A DNA stretch of 64,000 nucleotides, taken from the IMG/VR virus record IMGVR_UViG_3300035497_000412. One strand, written 5' to 3'. The position numbers were made by a program, and so were the translations under genes. Source of the DNA: a virus. Taxonomy: Duplodnaviria > Caudoviricetes. Below, piece after piece: positions 60,385 to 64,000 of this stretch (the stretch's first letter is position 1; the number at the start of each line of letters is the position of its first letter). A model generated the notes under the pieces. The model was not told the origin of the DNA. It searched no databases and saw only the letters and a list, made by a program, of their open reading frames with translations.

Positions 60385-61494
60385 TTAAGCCTTCACACTT
60401 CCGTCGAGACGACCATCATAGGTAGTGACCTTACCAGTCACACCATCCAGATGCCAAGTGTCAAGATCACCCATCAGGGCGGTATCAACATAAGCACAAA
60501 TGTTGTTGCTCAACATACAAACGACGCCAACCTTCTTATAAACTTGCATCTCACGAGAACGGTCAGCATTAGTAACTTCATCAACTAAAGTGCCACCCTC
60601 GAAAGCAATCTTCACAGGCTTATTATCAGCGCCAGTAGGAATAATCCAAGCATAGCCGGGGTCAATGACCTTGCGACTGTTGGTTTCATCCTCGAAGCCC
60701 TGCTCAAGAATAATGACCTTATTACCCTTGTAGCTAGCAAGACGGCCAGTATTCCACAGCTCAGTCTTCATGGCCTCAGTATAGCGCCAAGCTTCCTGAG
60801 GAATCATCTGCACAGCAAACTCATAAGTGCAATAAATAGTAGGAGTGCCATAAGCAGCAGCAATAGTAATCAGCTTATCAAAAGCAGCTTCATCAAAGCC
60901 AGTGGCAGCAACACGGTTGGCAGGGGGCAGTTGGTTGATAGAAGCTTTCAAGGCAGCGCCAACTTCCTTATAAATCAGCTCATCCATACCCTCCATAATA
61001 ATCTGAGTGACCTCAGCGAAGTCCACACGACCATCAAGGAACTCTTCAAAACCAATCTGAGCGGCGCCACCAATAGCAGAAGTACGGACCTCAAAGGCTT
61101 CCTCGCCCTTGCTCAGCTTAAAAACTTCATAACGACCATTCAGACCAACGCGAGTCACAAACTGCTTAGCACGCTTGTTAGAACCCAGCTTGCGGCGGAA
61201 CAGAGGTTTATCGCCCTGAGCAAAAGTCTTAACCTCAGCAAATTGATCATACTGCTCAACAACCTTCTTGGGCAGCACATCATCCAGAACTTCCTCAATA
61301 ATAGAGAAAATCAGATTCTTATTCTCGCGATACAGAGAAAAAGTACCAGCCAGCTCATTAAACTCCTGGCGCAGAGTCTCATTCAGAGCCTCATAACTAA
61401 GATTCTGACCATTAAAGCTATAAGCAACAGGAGCAGAAGGCTTGGCTTTAGCACACTGCTTTGCTAAAGCAACTAAATTAGATCTATCCAGCAT
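60385..61494 (-). CDS. Major capsid protein
   Basis: 369 aa, strong high-expression codon bias, no TAG; follows the protease/scaffold and head protein genes and precedes a terminator. Confidence 0.8.
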   Translation of the reverse strand: MLDRSNLVALAKQCAKAKPSAPVAYSFNGQNLSYEALNETLRQEFNELAGTFSLYRENKNLIFSIIEEVLDDVLPKKVVEQYDQFAEVKTFAQGDKPLFRRKLGSNKRAKQFVTRVGLNGRYEVFKLSKGEEAFEVRTSAIGGAAQIGFEEFLDGRVDFAEVTQIIMEGMDELIYKEVGAALKASINQLPPANRVAATGFDEAAFDKLITIAAAYGTPTIYCTYEFAVQMIPQEAWRYTEAMKTELWNTGRLASYKGNKVIILEQGFEDETNSRKVIDPGYAWIIPTGADNKPVKIAFEGGTLVDEVTNADRSREMQVYKKVGVVCMLSNNICAYVDTALMGDLDTWHLDGVTGKVTTYDGRLDGSVKA

Positions 61495-61512
61495 TATTCT
61501 TCTCTCCTTTCA

Positions 61513-62295
61513 TTAAGCAATACGCATAATCTTAACGCCGCGCTGATGGTCAGGCATGGTATAAACCTTAACGACCTGCCAAGTCATCTTATCGTCCTCA
61601 CCAGGCTCAAGAATACCCTTCTCGCCAACCTTCAGAGTATCACCAACAGAGAGACTATCGGCATTAATAGTGTTAGTAGTGAAAATATCGCCCACATTGG
61701 TCTTAAACACGCGGGGCACCATGGTAGTGCCAGCAGGCATTCTCTGGGGCTTGTAAGGACCTTCAATATGGAAAGGATCCTCATTGTAATGGATCTCATA
61801 CATATCAGGACCAGCAGTCACATCATCATACGCATAAGTCTTCTTGGAATCGCCATCACCAATAGAAATCTCAGAATTACCATCAGCGTCAACACCATTG
61901 TAATAACGAGACTGTCTATCCCAAGCAGTATCAAAATCAGCGGTAGGATTACCATCCTTATCCAGACCAAATCCAAAAGGACTATACAGACGCGCCTGAT
62001 AGTCATCCTTCTTCAGAGCAAACTCGCAATCCATCTGCTCTTCACGATACAGTTTAATCTCATTGTAAACGAGCATCCACTCGCCCTTACCAGTAAAGTT
62101 AACTAAGCCAGAAGCATAATCATACTTCACGAACTGGCCTTGCTCCAGAACATCAATATCTGCGGCAGCGGGCAGCTGGGCATAAATCTGAGCAGTTCTT
62201 TGAGCAGACAGATGGTTAGGCTCAACCTGGCCATAGCCATACTCAACATAGCTAGCCTGACTAGTGATATGCTTCTTTAAAAAATCACTAAGCAT
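61513..62295 (-). CDS. Head structural protein (decoration/cement-like)
   Basis: YGQVEPNHLSAQRTAQIYAQLPA; between scaffold and capsid genes; no TAG. Confidence 0.7.
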   Translation of the reverse strand: MLSDFLKKHITSQASYVEYGYGQVEPNHLSAQRTAQIYAQLPAAADIDVLEQGQFVKYDYASGLVNFTGKGEWMLVYNEIKLYREEQMDCEFALKKDDYQARLYSPFGFGLDKDGNPTADFDTAWDRQSRYYNGVDADGNSEISIGDGDSKKTYAYDDVTAGPDMYEIHYNEDPFHIEGPYKPQRMPAGTTMVPRVFKTNVGDIFTTNTINADSLSVGDTLKVGEKGILEPGEDDKMTWQVVKVYTMPDHQRGVKIMRIA

Positions 62296-62319
62296 TTATA
62301 TTTTCCTCCTTAATTATTT

Positions 62320-63900
62320 TTAGTCTAAGTTTTTCGCAACAGATAAAGCTCTCTTAACCCAAGCGGGCATTGCAGAGTCATCATCATCATTCAGGTTAAA
62401 AGTAACAGGAGCTTTTTGCTCAGTCTCTTCGTCAAGACTAAAATTAACCTTATTGCGAACACAGATAATAGAGAGTTTAGCCTCAATATCATCTAAAGAA
62501 TAAGTATCAATATTTGAAACGACATCTTCTTTATCTTCATCGGAAAGCATATAGAAGCTACTAATCATATCTTCCTTTTGCTTGCGCTCGACCTGTTTTT
62601 TAAACTCGGTCAAAGGAGCAATCTAGCTCTCAAGATTCTCTTTTTCAATCTTTAAGGCACTATACTCCTTCTGTAAAGTGGTATACTGTGAACACAGCTC
62701 GACATACTCAGGAATCTCTTCCAGTGAATATTTCTTCTCTTTACAAGTGCATTCATCTAAAGGTTTGCCGCATTGGGGGCAAACTTCTTCTTCATCTGCT
62801 TTCTCTTCGGTTTGTTCATCGCCATCGTTTTCAGTATCTTTACTGCTCTCTGATTTATCTTCAGTTTTCTTCTTATCATCTTCATCAGCTTTGTCCTAAT
62901 TTTTTTTATTAGCATAATAAGCTTCAACATCAGCTTCAGCAAACTGAGGAGCTTCCTCGTTTTTGGAATAGATGCTAGTAATTTCGATAAGAGTATCTTC
63001 TGGAACGAATTCTTCATTCTCACTAAGAGCAAAATTTAAACGATAATATTTGTCTTCGGCATTTTGGTGCAGGACCGCAAACTTCTGTCCTTCTTCTTCA
63101 CAAACGCTATCAATACTATAAGTATCAGCAGGTAGCTTAGTATCAATGTAATTATCAATACTATTCCAAATATTATCACCAACAGAAACAGAATACTTTG
63201 CTAACACTTTCATTCCTCCTTCTTTTAGAATTTCTTTCAGCTCTTTCATCATTGAATAAAGTTCCTACTTAAAACCTTCATCAAGAGAAAATTGAACTGT
63301 CGGAGCAGTAATGTTAGCCCCTTCAAAGCAAGGCTCACACTCTTCTCCTAAGATACAAAGTTTTGAGATAATTGCTTCATTAATAATAAAAAACTAAGGT
63401 TCTTCTTTATTACCGTTTGACCAATCAGCCTATAAAGTTTTTTCATCTAATTCCATAGATTGATTGTTGCCATGTTCAATAATACGCTGGCATTCTGGAT
63501 ATTGCGACGTCCATAGCCATCCCTCAGTCATTAAATATTCATGTTCAACTTCATTATCATCTAAAAAAGTCTAAAACCAAGTTTTCGCATTTAAATCAAC
63601 AAAACCATAAGGCTTTGTAGTATCCTTAACCTCGAATTCGCCATTAGAGATATCAATAATACGATTATGTTCTTCAAAATCTTCTTTTGCTTCATTATAA
63701 AAACCAACAATCGCAGCACCTCTAAGACTTGGCGCCATTTGTTTAGCAACTTCTTTAGTGATAACACTACCATTTCGATTTGGCTCATCGCCCACATAAC
63801 ATACCTTAATGGTACATTTAGAAATTAAGGGGCTGTAATTAGAAGGAGCCACATCAATTAACTCTACTCCAGAAACTGGAATACTAGTATGTTTTGCCAT
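62320..63900 (-). CDS. Prohead protease / scaffold (~526 aa)
   Basis: Fragments joined by TAG; NRNGS.I, PYGFV, EGWLW..QYPE, QSMEL and LCILG...EPCFEGA motifs, then an acidic coiled-coil scaffold. Confidence 0.8.
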
Positions 63901-63913
63901 TAATTATACCCCC

Positions 63914-64000
63914 TTAGCTCATGCTTTCTTTATTAGCAATTGTTTTTTCACTTTTTTCATCATCCGGCTTTTCAGGTCGTCCACCGCTTTCTGAGGTAGT
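63914..64000 (-). CDS. C-terminus of the probable portal protein (partial)
   Basis: ...GGRPEKPDDEKSEKTIANKESMS-TAA directly upstream of the protease; the call rests on gene order. Confidence 0.55.
   Translation of the reverse strand, partial: TTSESGGRPEKPDDEKSEKTIANKESMS

Noticed and set aside
55633-62106. Long + strand ORFs (55633-56313, 60931-61467, 61546-62106)
   Set aside because: Antisense shadows of the codon-biased tail tube, capsid and head genes; no RBS or recognisable motifs.
7021-63900. Fragmented ORFs read as pseudogenes of a decayed prophage
   Set aside because: The breaks examined are in-frame TAGs or introns, with no frameshifts; consistent with recoding, not decay.
1-64000. 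Suppressor tRNA, CRISPR array or diversity-generating retroelement
   Set aside because: No cloverleaf, regularly spaced repeats, reverse transcriptase or TR/VR pair noticed by eye; a tRNAscan or repeat search would be needed to exclude them formally.

Overview
A 64-kb segment of a large tailed phage, probably a long-tailed siphovirus of an anaerobic Firmicutes/Clostridia host (strong GGAGG RBSs, sigmaA-consensus promoters, class III RNR, no sheath gene seen). It uses a non-standard genetic code: TAG is read as Gln (code 15), and every gene end I traced is TAA or TGA. The supplied ORF track therefore fragments or misses most late genes. The + strand (1-3856) carries nrdD (3' end), nrdG, three hypotheticals, dut, a RuvC-like resolvase and a membrane protein. 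The rest is one - strand morphogenesis region: portal end, prohead protease/scaffold, head protein, major capsid, head-tail joining genes, tail tube, a ~3225-aa tape measure, large tail/baseplate proteins, a ~2466-aa CotH-kinase/LRR protein, tail fibres, a holin-like gene and an uncharacterised five-gene Cys/Gln-rich module. Seven group I introns can be delimited by hand (nrdD, dut, a gene of the five-gene module, tail tube, three in the tape measure). One encodes a TAG-recoded homing endonuclease, and one appears to need a non-canonical G.A 5' splice site. A repeated intergenic motif GG(A/C/T)C-N9-WAW-N14-T-rich precedes late units. No tRNA (including a CUA suppressor) or CRISPR array was seen. 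All coordinates and translations were derived manually; product names come from motif recognition and gene order, not database searches.
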